From Antechinus flavipes (Eukaryota): a stretch of DNA of 64,000 nucleotides. Shown in pieces: positions 36,321 to 49,380 of this stretch (its first letter is position 1; the number at the start of each line of letters is the position of its first letter). The notes below the pieces were generated by a model. That model did not search any database, was not told the origin of the DNA, and was given only the letters and a program-made list of their open reading frames with translations. The stretch is from contig NC_067398.1 of NCBI RefSeq assembly GCF_016432865.1, forward strand, positions 293,942,001 to 294,006,000, read 5' to 3'. A program made the position numbers and the translations under genes.

Positions 36321-37148
36321 AAAAGACTGATCATATAAAGAACTCCTAGGCCAGCTCTCTATTCCGTGTGTCATGCTGCTGCTTATAGTATGTATTCAGA
36401 CAAAAAGCAATATAGTCAAAGAATGATGAAAGGAAAGAGAAGGAAAAAGAGTAAAAAGAAAGAAAAAGCCAGGCAAGGCAAAGCAAGGGAAACAAAAGGG
36501 GGAAAGAATGAGTGTAGTTTGATTATTTGATCTACAAGAAGATTATTTCTATTTCTAAGCAACACTTATTTCCCTCCATTTTGTCCTAGTTGTGGTACTT
36601 AAGGTTCTATTTGATTAAGAGAACACCCATTAGGGCCATAAGTAGCTAACCTGTTATGTTAACTAAAAGATATTCCTTTGGTGTTTGCAATATTCCTTTT
36701 AGCAATACAGGCTATTCTATAAGGTGCTACTTTTGAAGACTTTGATAATGATGACATAATTCATGGAATGAGGAAGACAGTAAAATGCACCTAATTCCTG
36801 TGTGAGTTACACAGAGCAAATAAATTTACCATTGTTTCAGCATACCATGTCTGCCCAGAAAACAGGGCAGGAAGGGAGAGTGCTTCAAGGATTATTTAGC
36901 ATTTGGAAGCTCATATAGACCATAGACCATAGATTCACTCTTCATGGTGACCGTGACATTTGATTTTCAATTCCAATCTATTAACATTCATTAGATATCT
37001 TCTTTGTGCTAGGGATAAAAAGACCAAAATGAGACAATCCCTACTCTTAAGGATCTGATTGTCCCACTATAGAATTATGATAAGAAGAAATGTGAATTTA
37101 AAGCAACATTTGCAATAAAGAGTACAGAGAGTAAAATACTTCAGGAAT

Positions 37149-37151
<3 letters not shown>

Positions 37152-37214
<63 letters not shown>
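37152..37214. repeat. (GA)n microsatellite, ~31 units
   Basis: Directly visible; embedded in antisense L2 sequence (~36960-37500). Confidence 0.98.
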
Positions 37215-37218
<4 letters not shown>

Positions 37219-38419
37219 TTATTAGTAGTTGACTGTCAAGTCAAAAAATATTTACAATATATCAGGCACTATACTAATCACTGGGAATAAAAAATACAAG
37301 AAGTCAGTCCCTGTCCTTGAGGATATTTATATTGAGAGAAGACAACACATAAAAGGGAGCTAAAAATCAGAGGTAGGGATAATCAGAATAGGGAAATGGA
37401 GAAAATGTCAAGAATCAGGTGTAGAGCCCAAAAAGGAATGGCTTTAAAGAAAGTTTCATATGAATAAGTAGCATCTGATCTGAGACTTGAAGGAAAAATG
37501 GGAATCTAACATAATTTCATACTTAAATTTTACTAATTCTAATTCTTAAATTTATATGCACCTCAATAAAATAGTATCTGAAAATAAGGGGATGCTGCTC
37601 CCTGTGTACCAATGCCATGACAGTCAAGTAGTAAGATAGAAATTGTAGATATAATTAATAAAGATAAGGTCACTGAAACAAAAATTAGATAGAACCTCAC
37701 AGATCATATAGTCTAACTTCCTCCTTCTATTTGTAGAAGAGTCTCAAAAGCACAAAGATCACAGCCAGTAAGAAGCAGAACCAAAATGTGTATCCAGGTT
37801 CTTTGGCTCAAAAATGAATATGCTTTTTCCTACCTTAGGTAACTATCCAAAATGTAACTTTATTCAAGTAACTTCATGTAACCTACCACTTGAATCCTAC
37901 TACATTTATTGAATATCAAAATATTATGCTAAGTAAAATATTTTTCTTTTGTTAGATCTATATTTTCATTGGTAAAAGAAACTTTACTAATGCATCCTGG
38001 CAACTGCTCTGTAATTTGTAGTATGAGAGAATTTCCTGGAGAATTGAAAAGTAATATAGTCAGTATGGGTGAAGGGTTGGACTTGAACTCCCTGACACTC
38101 AGGCCAGCTCTCTATACATTATGCTAAGATATTTCTAAAACTGAATGTTCAAAGACAAAAAGCAATACAGTCTAATAAAAAATGGATAAAGAAATTGTAT
38201 ACAGTAGTGGTATTGCTTGTCCTTTTGCTCATTTAGGAGCAAATGACATAACTATATTGGGATCAATGTATATGGCTGTGGCTGATAAAATCAATGCAAG
38301 CTTGGAAGCTTCCACCACAGGTAGACACAAAAAATTCATATGACCATTTAAGGTAGATCTATCTTTAAGTTTGCTCATCTCACATTTCTTTTGAGGTATT
38401 ACAGTCATGTTTCACTTAT

Positions 38420-38746
38420 AGAGTACACAGAACCTTCCTTGATTCGGACACATGTTGAATGATTCTGTGTCATGACTCATAGTCAACACCAAAGTTCTTC
38501 AGAGACCTTGAGAGCATCCTTGTATTGCTTCTTTTGAACTCCACGTGAACACCTGCCTCTTGTGAGTTTTCTATAAAATACTCTTTTAGGCAAGCATTTT
38601 GGTTTGCCATTCAAACATGGTGGCTAGTCCATCAGAGTGGTATAGTCTGCAAATGAGTTTGAATGAATGACAGTTCAGCTCAGCAAAAGATCTAGAACCT
38701 TATCTTGCTAAGTAATCTTCAGAATCTTCCTAAAACAATTCAAATG
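38420..38746 (-). mobile_element. RTE-clade LINE ORF 3' fragment
   Basis: Minus strand reads HLNCFRKILKIT*QDKV...KCLPKRVFYRKLTRGRCSRGVQKKQYKDALKVS, the typical RTE post-RT C-terminus. Confidence 0.85.
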
Positions 38747-39225
38747 TAATGAAATATTAATGTTCTAAAAGGAATGATGAATACAGAGAAGCTTTGGAAA
38801 TCTCATATGAATTAATCCAAAGTAAAATAAGTAGAACCAGAAAATATCAATTATAATGTAAATGGAAAGGATAACAATAAAACAACAGAAACTGAATGAT
38901 GAAAAGCAAGGAGGTATGAGAAGAGTTTTCTCCCTTGCAAAAGCTGAAGGATGTAGCTGTGAAACACTGAATATAATAATGTCTTACTTTTTGATGTTAA
39001 TTTTGCTAAATTTTGTTATTTTTAAAATTTTCTGTTCTCTATTATATAATATGCTATATGTTACATATGTTATATAACATATATTGTATAAATATCTTAT
39101 TATATTTATACAATATATGTTATATGTAATATAAAGTGTATATATATTCTAGGAGAGGAAAAGGTAATTGTGGCTGATCTAAAAACAACATATGTTAATA
39201 AAAATTTATTTAAAAAACAACAAAA
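38747..39225 (+). mobile_element. Old marsupial L1 3' end with internal (TA)-rich expansion
   Basis: 'catatgaattaatccaaagtaaaataagtagaaccagaaaa', A-tail 'taataaaaatttatttaaaaaa'. Confidence 0.7.
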
Positions 39226-39228
39226 ACA

Positions 39229-39373
39229 GGGCAGCTAGGTGGCACAGTAGATAGAGCACCAGCCCTGAAGTCAGGAGGACCTGAGTTCAAATTTGACCTC
39301 AGACACTTAGCACTTCCTAGCTGTGTGACCCTGGGCAAGTCACTTAATCCCAATTGCCTCAGGGGGAAAAAAA
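39229..39373 (+). mobile_element. WSINE1-type SINE, full length
   Basis: 'gggcagctaggtggcacagtagatagagcaccagccctgaagtcaggaggacctgagttcaaat...caattgcctcag'+A-tail; tRNA-like A/B boxes. Confidence 0.9.
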
Positions 39374-40529
39374 GCAACTCAGTCTTTATAATCTAATAAA
39401 GTAATTCAGATAATGTTTTTGGAGTGATTTTAAAATATTTGTATTCATAAAGGAAAAGATCTATGTATATCCACCTACATATCAGTGTGTTGTATAGAGG
39501 GAGGAAAGGAAGGGAAAAGGGAGGAAGAAGGAAAAAAGATGGAAAGGGGGAGAAAAAATGAATGACTTTGAATCTTACTTTGTTGTTGCAAGCCCTTCCA
39601 TACTGTTAATCTTCAATCAATAGATTTGCTTAGAAGGAGAATTTTAGGCCTAAAAAAGACACACCCTTCCTCATTTTACAGCTGAAGAAATTGAGATTGA
39701 GAAATGTGACTTGCCACGTGGTCACACAGCTACTTAATAGAGCCAGGTCTTCTGATTTCCTAACTATTACTCTTCCCTTTCCAATGCCTCTGTCAAAGGG
39801 CCCTTTTCTGGGTTAGATCTCTTTCATCAGTGGTTAACTTCTCTCAGGCTTAAGAGTCTATGCATTTCCCATATTCTCCCCAGCCCAACTAAGCTGTTTG
39901 AACCCATTAAAGCAATGACTTTAGCAGTTTAGCTGACCTTTTCAACTATCCTACCCTTAAAGTTCCTGCTTCCTTTATCTACTCATGGCATAAAAGAAAA
40001 AAAGACAGTGAAAAAACACATTAAAGCACATGGTTTCTGAGATAGTGATACTCTTTCTTCCAATCAGAATGAGTTAAAGGAAACTTTTAAGGTTCTTGCC
40101 TTTTTCCCATCAGCTTTATTTCCATCACTTAATTTACAAATAATAGCTAGAATTCATCAATATCCTGAGGTTGATGACTGCTTTTAAAGGGTTTATATTT
40201 CCTACACAGACCAAAACAATTTTTTAACCTAAGGAAAGTTTTTATTACAAATTTCACAACATCCTAAATTTCTGGAGGGTTTCAATATTTTTTCAGCCAC
40301 AATGGGGCCAATAGGCACAGATACTCAAGGTCTTGGTTTCATCCATAAATATGAGTACCCTTAGTGTGCCCTTTTAAAAACTAATTATCTCTAATAATAT
40401 AGATTATTACTTGAGTCAACAGACATTCAGACAAAGGAAGTGGCAGTCTCTGGCTGGCTGGCATTTTAAATATTGTTGAGATGCAATTTTTTATTCTTTA
40501 AAATGTCACCAACTTTCACATTGAATTAA

Positions 40530-40790
40530 TTTAAAATTAACTAAAGAGACAGAGTGATATTGTAGAAAGAGCTTTGGACTGTGTGGGAATCAGACAGAAA
40601 AGACCTGGGCTTGAATACTAGTCTCATCACTTAGCATCTATATGACCTTGAGTATATCTCTTGAGTACTTTCCCTCTCTAACTTTCCATTTCCTCATATG
40701 TAAAATTAGGAGATTAAGATAGTAAGTATCTCATAGGACTGTGGTGAGAAAGGTGCTTTCTAAATCACAAACATAACAAATACATTATTT
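40530..40790 (+). mobile_element. MIR SINE
   Basis: 'gacctgggcttgaatactagtc...tttcctcatatgtaaaat...ggactgtggtgagaaaggtgcttt'. Confidence 0.75.
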
Positions 40791-41341
40791 TCACTGCCAA
40801 ATAATTCTATTTTATTTCAAGTTTAAATATTTTGTGTTTTTTAGTTTACTTCAGTGATCATTTTTCATTAAATTATTATTTGAATTATTAAATTTTTCTT
40901 TAAATTATTATTAAATATGTCCTTTCCTGTGCCTATCCCAAGGCCTTGTACATAATAGGCAATTGCCCTTAAATTTTATTTAATCAAATACCTTGCCTTT
41001 TCTATTGTCTTCACACTCTTATGACTGGTAATGTTGTGTGTTCTTGTCCTGGGCTCAGGACTACCATTTCTTACCAATCCCTATCTGGTTATTAGTACTT
41101 TCCCTGTTAATATTACTGTGTATTACTTTAGACATATTTTGCATTTACTTATCTATATACATGTTCTCTCTCCTACTCCTTGAAGCTAGGGACTTCCTGT
41201 TCTTGCCTTCATATCCCCAACTTGAATGCCATACACATAGATAGCACATAATAAATGTTTGCTAAAATTAAATTTGAGCCTTAGAGTGAATTTGTGAGAT
41301 ACTTTTCCACTTTAAAATGGATTATTCCCAAGATAGTGCAC

Positions 41342-41353
41342 TTGTGTGTGTAT

Positions 41354-41407
<54 letters not shown>

Positions 41408-41410
41408 GTG
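41342..41410. repeat. (TG)n microsatellite
   Basis: Directly visible. Confidence 0.98.
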
Positions 41411-41846
41411 TTTTGTTTTGTTTTTTAGACTTTCTGGGTACTGGAAATGAAGATACTGTTTGTGTATCTAATTTGACATCCTTGTGGATTACCTTAGAGT
41501 TTTAGTCCTAGAATCCATTTCTCCACATTTCCATTCTCAGTCCCAGAATGAAGCTGACATTTTCATACATACATACATCCACATACATACATAAATGCAT
41601 AAGTATATATATTTATTCCAATATAGAAATATAAATATTATATATATATAAAGTTAGAATATACATATTATACATATGTAAAGTTAGCTTATAGATGTGA
41701 AGTGAGGAGTGCACCTCTCATCTCACATCTTTAGGAGCTAACTTTCTATTATCTACAGATTCTAATTTTCTAGAGGCAGCTAGATAGAGTGTTGGATTTG
41801 GAATCAAGAAGACTGGAAATTACTTAAACTCTGCATTAGTTTCTTA

Positions 41847-42463
41847 TTGTTATTCAGTCATTTGGTCATGTCTGACTCTGTTACCTCATGGATTATAGCA
41901 CACCAGGCTCTTTTATCCTCTACTTTTGGCCAAAATCTGTCCAACCTCATCTTTGTTGCTTTCGTGGCACTGTCTATCCATCTCCTCTCTTTTCCTTTTG
42001 CCTTCAAACTTTCCCAATATGGGAAAAGTTTGCCCATGAATCTCACCTTTTCATTATGCATTTTAGTATTTAAAATTTAAGTATTTAAGCTTCAGCTTCA
42101 GTATTTGATTTTCCAGTGAATAACCTGGATTAATTTTGCTAAGTATTGAGTGATTTACTCTCCTTACTGTCCAAGAGACTCTCAAAAGTCTTCTCAGCAC
42201 ACAATGAATAAATATAATTCTCAGTTTTCCTTATACTCCACTTCTCACAGGCATACATTTGAGAAACCACGATTTTGACTATATACCTTTGTCAGCAAGG
42301 TGATGTCTCTGATTTTTAATATAGCTTTCCTTCCAGGGACCATTTTTTATTTAACATCTGCAGTCATCATCTGCAGTGATCTTTGAGCCCAAGAATGTGA
42401 AATTTGACAGTGTTTCCATTTCTTCTCCCTCTATTTGCCAGGAATAGATGGGACTGGTACTGA
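41847..42463 (-). mobile_element. BovB (RTE-BovB) LINE 3' end, 5'-truncated
   Basis: Colinear with the antisense BovB 3' end ('gcttcagcttcagtat', 'ctgtccaagagactctcaaaagtcttctc', 'catctgcagtgatctttgagcccaag'); ORF 41858-42061(-) RWIDSATK...DKRAWCAIIHEV resembles BovB RWLDGITD...DREAWRAAVHGV. Confidence 0.85.
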
Positions 42464-43819
42464 AGGCCTTTGGCAATTTGATTCTCAAGCTACCTGTTCT
42501 GTATTATTTCAAATTATTTCCCTTCAAAATTCTCCATAAAAACAAACTGGGAAACTAGAAATTCTGGGAACCAAGGTGGCTCAGTCAATAGCAAATTTCT
42601 ATAACTCTCCCATATTCACCTCAAAACAACCATAAAAAAGTGCCACAAAACAAATCCTGGAATGACAAAACCATAAAAAAGATGGGGTAAAACAGTCTTT
42701 GAGTCTGAGAAACTCAAAAGATTGACAGAAAAGGTATGTCTCACTCAGGTTAAATTTCAGTGTAGCTAAGAAAAATGCACTAGGATTCAGTCTCAGACAC
42801 CAGGGAAGCTGCCACACTCTTATGGCCTTCAGCATAGTAAGTCAGCCCTCTTTCTACTGTCTCAGCACAGAAACAGATAAGAGGGTCCCCTAAGGGGCCT
42901 CAGGGCAACATCAGGGCAACACCAGGTAAACAGCCATGGCCTGTAGCCTCTGACACAAGAAGCCCAAGACAGTGCTTCTTATGCTCCAGGAGCAGAATTC
43001 AAATTCAAAAGAAAGGAAAAGGTCAAAAAAGCTGAGAAAAATTAAGACAAAGCAACAATAATCTGACCATAGAAAGTTATTATGATGATAGGGAAGTTAA
43101 GAACACAAACTCAGAAAAGAACAACAATGTCAAAACATCTTGGGCAAAATCCTAAAGAAAAATAGGATGTGATCTCAAACCTAAAAAGAACTTGAAAGAA
43201 CTCAAAAAGTAGCTTAAAAAATCATGGTAGAAGAAAAATTGGGGGGAAAAGAGAGTAATACAAGAGAATTATGAAAGAAGAGTCAACAGCTTGGAAAAAA
43301 AGAATAACTGCTTAAAAAGTAGAATTGGCTAAATGGAAAAGAAAGTACAAAAGTTAATTGAGGAAAACAAAATAAAATTTAGAATTGGGCAAGTGGAAGA
43401 TATAAGACATCAAGAATCAACCAAACAAATTTTTAAAAGTGAAAAAGTAAAAGAAAATATTTTTAAAAACCTAATGGGAAAAACAATTGCCCTAGAAAAC
43501 AGATTCAAGAGAGATAATATCAGAATCATTGGACTCCCCAAAAGCTATAATCAAAAGAAAGACCTGGACAGTGTGTTTCAAGAAAATTTCAATGAAAACT
43601 GTCCTGATATCCTAGTACCAGAGAGCAAAACAGACATTGAAAGAATTCTCCCAATCACCTCAGGAAAGAGTTCCCAAAATTAAAACACCAAGAAACCTTG
43701 TAGCCAAAATTCAGAACTATCAGGTCAAGGAAAAAAAATACTGCAAGTGACAAAAGAAACAATTAAATATTGGGGAGTTAATCAAGATTACACCAGACTG
43801 AGCACATATAACATTATAT

Positions 43820-44140
43820 ATTTATTTTAAAGATTTTTTTTTAAGTAATAGTTTTATTTTCAAAATACATGCAAAGATATTCAACATTCACCCTTGCAAA
43901 ACCTTGTGCTTCAAATTTTTCGCCCTTTCGTCTCCCCTCTCCCTCTCTTTCCCCTAGATAACAAGTAATCCAATATAGGTTAAATATGTATAATTCTTCT
44001 AAATTTATCATGCTGCATAAGAAAAATCATATCAAAAAGGGGAAAAATGAGAAAGGATAAAAAGCAAGCAAACAACAAAACAGGTGAAAATACTATATTA
44101 TGAGCCACATTTAATCCCCATGGTCCTCTTTCTAGATAGC
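43820..44140 (-). mobile_element. Antisense L1 3' fragment inside the long L1
   Basis: Poly-T and 'caaaatacatgcaaagatattcaacattcacccttgcaaaacc' (same family as 8600 and 33015). Confidence 0.9.
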
Positions 44141-44684
44141 ATCCAAATTCTTACAGAAGTTGAGTGAGTTACAGGAAGAATCAGACAGCAAAATGATAAT
44201 AATGGGGGACCTCAACTGTCCCCTCTCAGAAAACAGTAAATTCAACCTAAAAATAAACAAGAAAGCAACTGAGATAAATAGAATATTAGAAAAATTAGAT
44301 TGAATAGACCTTTGCAGAAAACTAAATGGAAACAGAAAGGAATATACTTTTTTATCAGCAGCACATGGCACCTCTACCAAAAAAATGACTAATTTATTAG
44401 GGCAAGAAAACCTCAAAATCAAATGTTGAAAGGCAGAATTATAAAGAAAAAAAAAATTGGATCATAATGCAATAATATTACATTTAACAAAGTATAATGG
44501 GAAAATAGATTAAAAATTAATTGGAAACTAAATAATCTAATTCTAAAGAATAAGTAGATCAAAGAATAATCCATAAAAACAAATAATTTCATTAAAGAGA
44601 ATGGCAACAATGGGACAATATACCAAGTTTATGGAATGCAGCCAAAGCAGTACTTAGGTGAATTTTTATTTCTCTAAATTTTTA

Positions 44685-44875
44685 GGTCATACTTTAACAT
44701 ATTTAACATGCATGGGACTACCTGCCATCTAGAGGAGGGGATAGGGGGAAGGAGGGGAAAAGATGAAACAAAAGTTTTTGTAAGGGTTGGTATTGAAAAA
44801 TTACCCATGCATATGTTTTGTATATAAAAAGCTGTAATAAAAAAATGTAAAAAAAAAAATAAAATGCAAAAAAAA
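44685..44875 (+). mobile_element. Sense L1 extreme 3' fragment nested in ORF2 of the long L1
   Basis: 'ctgccatctagaggagggg...gaaaaattacccatgcatatgttttgtatataaaaagct'+A-tail. Confidence 0.85.
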
Positions 44876-46432
44876 TTTATGTCAATGAAATATTAAAAGA
44901 AAAGATCAGTGAATTGGCCATGCAACTGAAAAAACTAGATAAAAACAAATGAAAAATCCCAATTGAGCACCACCTTGAAAAATCTGAAAATCAAAAGTGA
45001 AATTAATAAGCTTGAAAGTTTAAAAATAAACTAAAATATTAAATAGGTGCTGGTTTTATGAAAAAAAAATAATACAATAGATATGATATTGATAACTTTG
45101 ACTTAACAGAAAAAAGAAAGTCAAATATCCAGTATCAAAAACGAAAAGGGCGAAATAACACTAACAAAGAAGAAATTAAAGCAATCTTAAAAATATTTTG
45201 CCCAATTATGTACCAATAAATCCAACACTTTGAGCAAAATTGATGAATATTTATTAAAAATATCTATTATCCAGATTAACAGAGCATTATAGAAATAAAC
45301 TAAATCTTAGAAAAAGAAATTGAATAACCCATTAGAGAACCCTAGAGAATCAACTCAAAAACCACTTGAAATAATTAACAATTTTAGCAAAGTTGCAAGA
45401 TATAAGATAAGCCTCATATAAAACATCAGCATTTTATATGACCAACAAAGCCCAGCATCAAGAGACAAAAAGAGAAATGCTGTTTAAAGTAATTGTAATC
45501 AATATAAAATACTTGGGTATCTACCTAACAAGACAAACCCAGGAACTATATGGACACAATTACAAAATACTTTTCACACAAATAAAGTCAGATTAAACAA
45601 TTGGAAAAATCCCAATTACTCATGGGTAGACTAAGCCCAATATAATAATAACAATAATATATATTATATATAAAATATAATAAAAATGACAATTCTGTCT
45701 AAACTCATTTACTTATTCACTGCCATACCAATCAAACTACCAAAAAAAAAAAAAAAAAAAAAAAACCTATGATAGAGCTAGGAAAAAAATCACAACAAAA
45801 TACATCTGAAAGAATGAAAGGTCAAGAATTATCAAGAGAATTAATGAAAAAAATCCAAAGGAAATCAGCCTAGCAATATCAGATCTCAAATTATATTAAA
45901 AAATAATGATGGATTGTAATAGATTAGGTATACACACTACGGTAGTCAAAGTCTATAGTAATTTAGTGTTTGATAAACTCAAAAGTAGGTATAGAACTGT
46001 ATAGTAAGATAAGTTCAAAATAGGTATAACATTTAGATATAATGGATGACACCAAAAGCAAAGTAGAAGAACAAGGGGTTATCTATGATCTATGGGGAAA
46101 GATAAGAATTCATAACCGAACAAGAGACAAAAAGCATCATGAAATGTAAAGGAGACAATTTTGATTATATTGAAATAAAAGGCTTATGTACAAACAAAAC
46201 CAAGGCAACTAATCTTAGAAGAAAAACAGAAAGCTGGGAAACAATCTCTACAACAAGTATCTCTATTAAAGACTTCATTTCTCAAATATATAGGAAATTT
46301 AACAAATACATTCCTCAATTGATAAATGATCAAAGGATATATGAACAAGCAGTTTTCAAACGAAAAAAATCAAAGCTACAAGCATATAAAGAAATACTCT
46401 AAATCCACTTTTGATTAAAGAAATATAAATTA

Positions 46433-46590
46433 TTTAGTTATTTTTCTTTAATTTGCTGAGGCAATTGGGGTTAAGTGACCTGCCCAGGGTCACACAGCTA
46501 GGAAGTGTTAAGTGTCTGAGACTAGATTTGAACTCAGGTCCTCCTGACTTCAAGGCTGGTACTCTATCCACTATACTATCTAGCTGCCCC
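46433..46590 (-). mobile_element. WSINE1-type SINE nested in L1 ORF2
   Basis: Full antisense SINE; perfect 15-bp TSD aagaaatataaatta (46418-32, 46591-605). Confidence 0.95.
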
Positions 46591-47822
46591 AAGAAATATA
46601 AATTAAAACAACTTTGAGGTCCCATCTTGCACTTATCAGACTGGATAATAATGACAAAAAAAAAAAGGGAAAATTATAAATGATGGAGAGGATATGGGAA
46701 AACTGAAACACTAATACACTGTTGATAGAGCTGTGAATATATTCAAGTCCATTCTAGAAAGTAATCTGGAATTAAGCCCAAAGGACAACAAAACTGCATA
46801 GTCTTTGATCTAGAAATGTCACTGCTAGACCATATTCCAAAGAGATTATTTTAAAAAGGAAAAGGAATTTGGATGTGCAAATATTTATAGCAGCCCTTTT
46901 TGTGGTGGCAATATATTGGAAACTGAGGGGATGCCCATCAAGTAGGGACTGACTGAACAAGCTGTGATATATGAATGTAATGTAATACTATTGTGCAATA
47001 AGAAATGATGAACAGGCAGATTTCAGAAAAACCTGGAAAGGCTTATATGAATACAAAGAAACTGAATCAGGAAAAACATTGTACAGAGTATCAGGAACAT
47101 TGGGTAATGATCAATTATGAATGACTCAACTCTTCTCAGTAACACAATGATTCAAGACAAGTACAAAGAATTCACAAAGAAAAATGCTATCCCTATAAAG
47201 AACTGGCAGACTCTAAATTCAGATCAAAGTATATATTTTTTATTTACTTTATTCTTTTGAGCAGTTTCTTCTTTCACAACTATGACTAAGATGAAAATAG
47301 GTTTTTGTATGATAATACATGTACAATGTATTTGTACATCAATTTGTTGTTTAAGAAGAGGGGAAAGCAAAGAGGGAGGGAGAAAAATTTGGAACTCAAA
47401 ATCTTGTAAAAATGAATGCTGAAAATTATTTTGACACATAATTAGGATAAAAAATAAAATACTGTTTAAAAAAAAAAGACAAACTGGCTGCTCAACTTCA
47501 AAGCTAGCTTATTTTCTAAAATGCTAAGCTGTTATCTCAAATATGAGATGTAAAAGTGGTGGTAGTGGTGGTAGTAGTATTGTTATAGTTATTCAGAATT
47601 TCTTGGCTTCACTTTGAAGTGTTAAAAATGATTTCCATACTAGTATCCATTCTCTGCAGGATTTTTTAAAGGCATGATGCTGACAGGATTGAAATCATTT
47701 AGATGCACTTGAGTTTAAGAAAGTATGATTATGAAAATCTAGTTTCCCATAAAAAAGATAAGCTTGAGAGTGATTCTTTATTTGAAAAACTTATCAATCA
47801 TAGAATTCTTTTAATTATTCAT

Positions 47823-48172
47823 TGTAGAGCGCTGAAACTCTTGAGTTGTTGCACTGAGGTTGATTCAAGCACTTAGGGCTAATTACCTATTGGATAATAC
47901 TCTATGGGCATGTGTTTGGGGAATGGCCTTTCCCACTATCCTGTGCTAGCTCGATAATTGGTGTATACAGAGAATTGTAGGAGGGACTAGGGGGTGGAGT
48001 AAGATGAGCCAGAGTCACTTTGGCGGTGGACGAGGAAGAAGGAGGTTGCAGAGATCCTTCTTCTATCCCCTTTACTTCTACCCCTAAAGACCAAGAATAA
48101 AAACTAAGGACTTTTGCTTATCCTAACTCTGGCTGATTCTAAGGTATCCTAGGTGCTAGCACGGTCATTAGA
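47823..48172 (+). mobile_element. Solo LTR, same family as 30680-31027
   Basis: tgtagagcg...gtcattaga (degenerate CA end), AATAAA at ~48097, aligns with the reverse complement of 30680-31027. Confidence 0.88.
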
Positions 48173-49129
48173 ATTTACCTTCATTGATATATTTAAAATA
48201 GGATTAAATATGATTCATTTTATAAGCATTTCAGTCACATACTGTTTCCCTATACACACATATACACACACAAATTCATATATTACCAAAAGGAACATTT
48301 GTATCTCAATCTTTTAGCAAAGGGAATGTATGTTTAAGTGCAGGTAGGTCCAGTTTTAAGAAATACAGATGTACTAAAAATCAGAAAGTTTTTTTTTTCC
48401 ATTTAAAAGGATTTTTCATTTTTCAAAATGATTCAACAAGATACTTTTTAAAATTACCCAGCTAATCTACTGCATTTATATCATTTTACTTTCAAAAATT
48501 CTAATGCATGAAATGTTTTTATAAGAGAGCCACAATAGAAAGAAAAATATACTTGTCATTTTTAAAGTAATAAATTTTAAAATGTGCTTATTATTTGAGT
48601 TTTCTTAGTCTATGCTACTTCTGATTCTTTACATTTTTATAACATTAGTTATAAAGAGAAGAAGGGGCAACACACAACCTTGGTTCTCTTTTGCAGGTTC
48701 CAAAGTGATGATGTGATTAACTATGACAACTAGAGCTTGCTTGAGTGGGTGGAAATGAGAAGGGAGAGGAATAAGCATTTATATGGTGTTACTATGTACC
48801 AGAAACTACACTAAGTGCTTTTTAAATTATTTTTATTTTACTTTTTTATAAGTATTATCTCATTTGATGCTTACAACAATTCTGCCAGAAAGGTACTTAC
48901 TATTATCCCCATATTACATTTGAGTGAGGTGATGATGCTTCTGTTTAATTTTTTAGTAAAGGTTCACTACATTATAAGACAAGGGGAATTTGCCTACCAA
49001 GCCTTCTTCCCATCTATTCACAACCAGGCATAATTGATTGAAAATAACTTAAAGACTTACCACTCTTGACCAAACCTTAGTTATAGGTTAGCAATAAGAC
49101 CATTGTTAGATAGCCAACTTTATTTCCAG

Positions 49130-49380
49130 AGGACCAGTGATGCAGTTGGTAGAGTATTAGACCCAGAGTCAGAAAGATTCCTCTTCCTGAGTTCAAATCT
49201 GACTTCATACAGTTAAAAACTATATGACCCTGGGCAAGTCACTGTCTTGTTTGCCTGTTTCCTTATATGTAAAATGAGTTGAAGAATGAAATGGCAAAAT
49301 CATTCCTGTCTTTTTGCCAAGAAAATCCCCAATGGGGTCATAAGGAGTCAAACACGACTGAAAAATGACTAAACAATAAA
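49130..49380 (+). mobile_element. MAR1-type SINE
   Basis: 'cctgagttcaaatctgac...gaaatggcaaaatcattcc...gccaagaaaatccccaatggggtcataaggagtcaaacacgactgaaaaatgactaaac'. Confidence 0.88.

Larger units (their letters stand above)
42551..47478 (+). mobile_element. Decayed full-span L1 (5'UTR, ORF1, EN, partial RT, C-terminus, 3'UTR) with internal deletions and nested insertions
   Basis: 5' 'gggaaccaaggtggc'; ORF1 remnant 43333-43683 (ENRFKRDNIRIIGLPK); EN remnant (IIMGDLN, KEYTFLSAAHGT); RT remnant 'agagaaccctagagaatcaac'; 3'UTR and A-tail; candidate TSD acaaactgg (42542-50, 47479-87). Confidence 0.92.

Noticed and set aside
43333-43683. 116-aa ORF as a host CDS
   Set aside because: It is a frameshifted L1 ORF1p remnant.
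48697-48735. Acceptor followed by FQSDDVINYDN*
   Set aside because: No donor or nearby poly(A) architecture to support a terminal exon; peptide not recognised.
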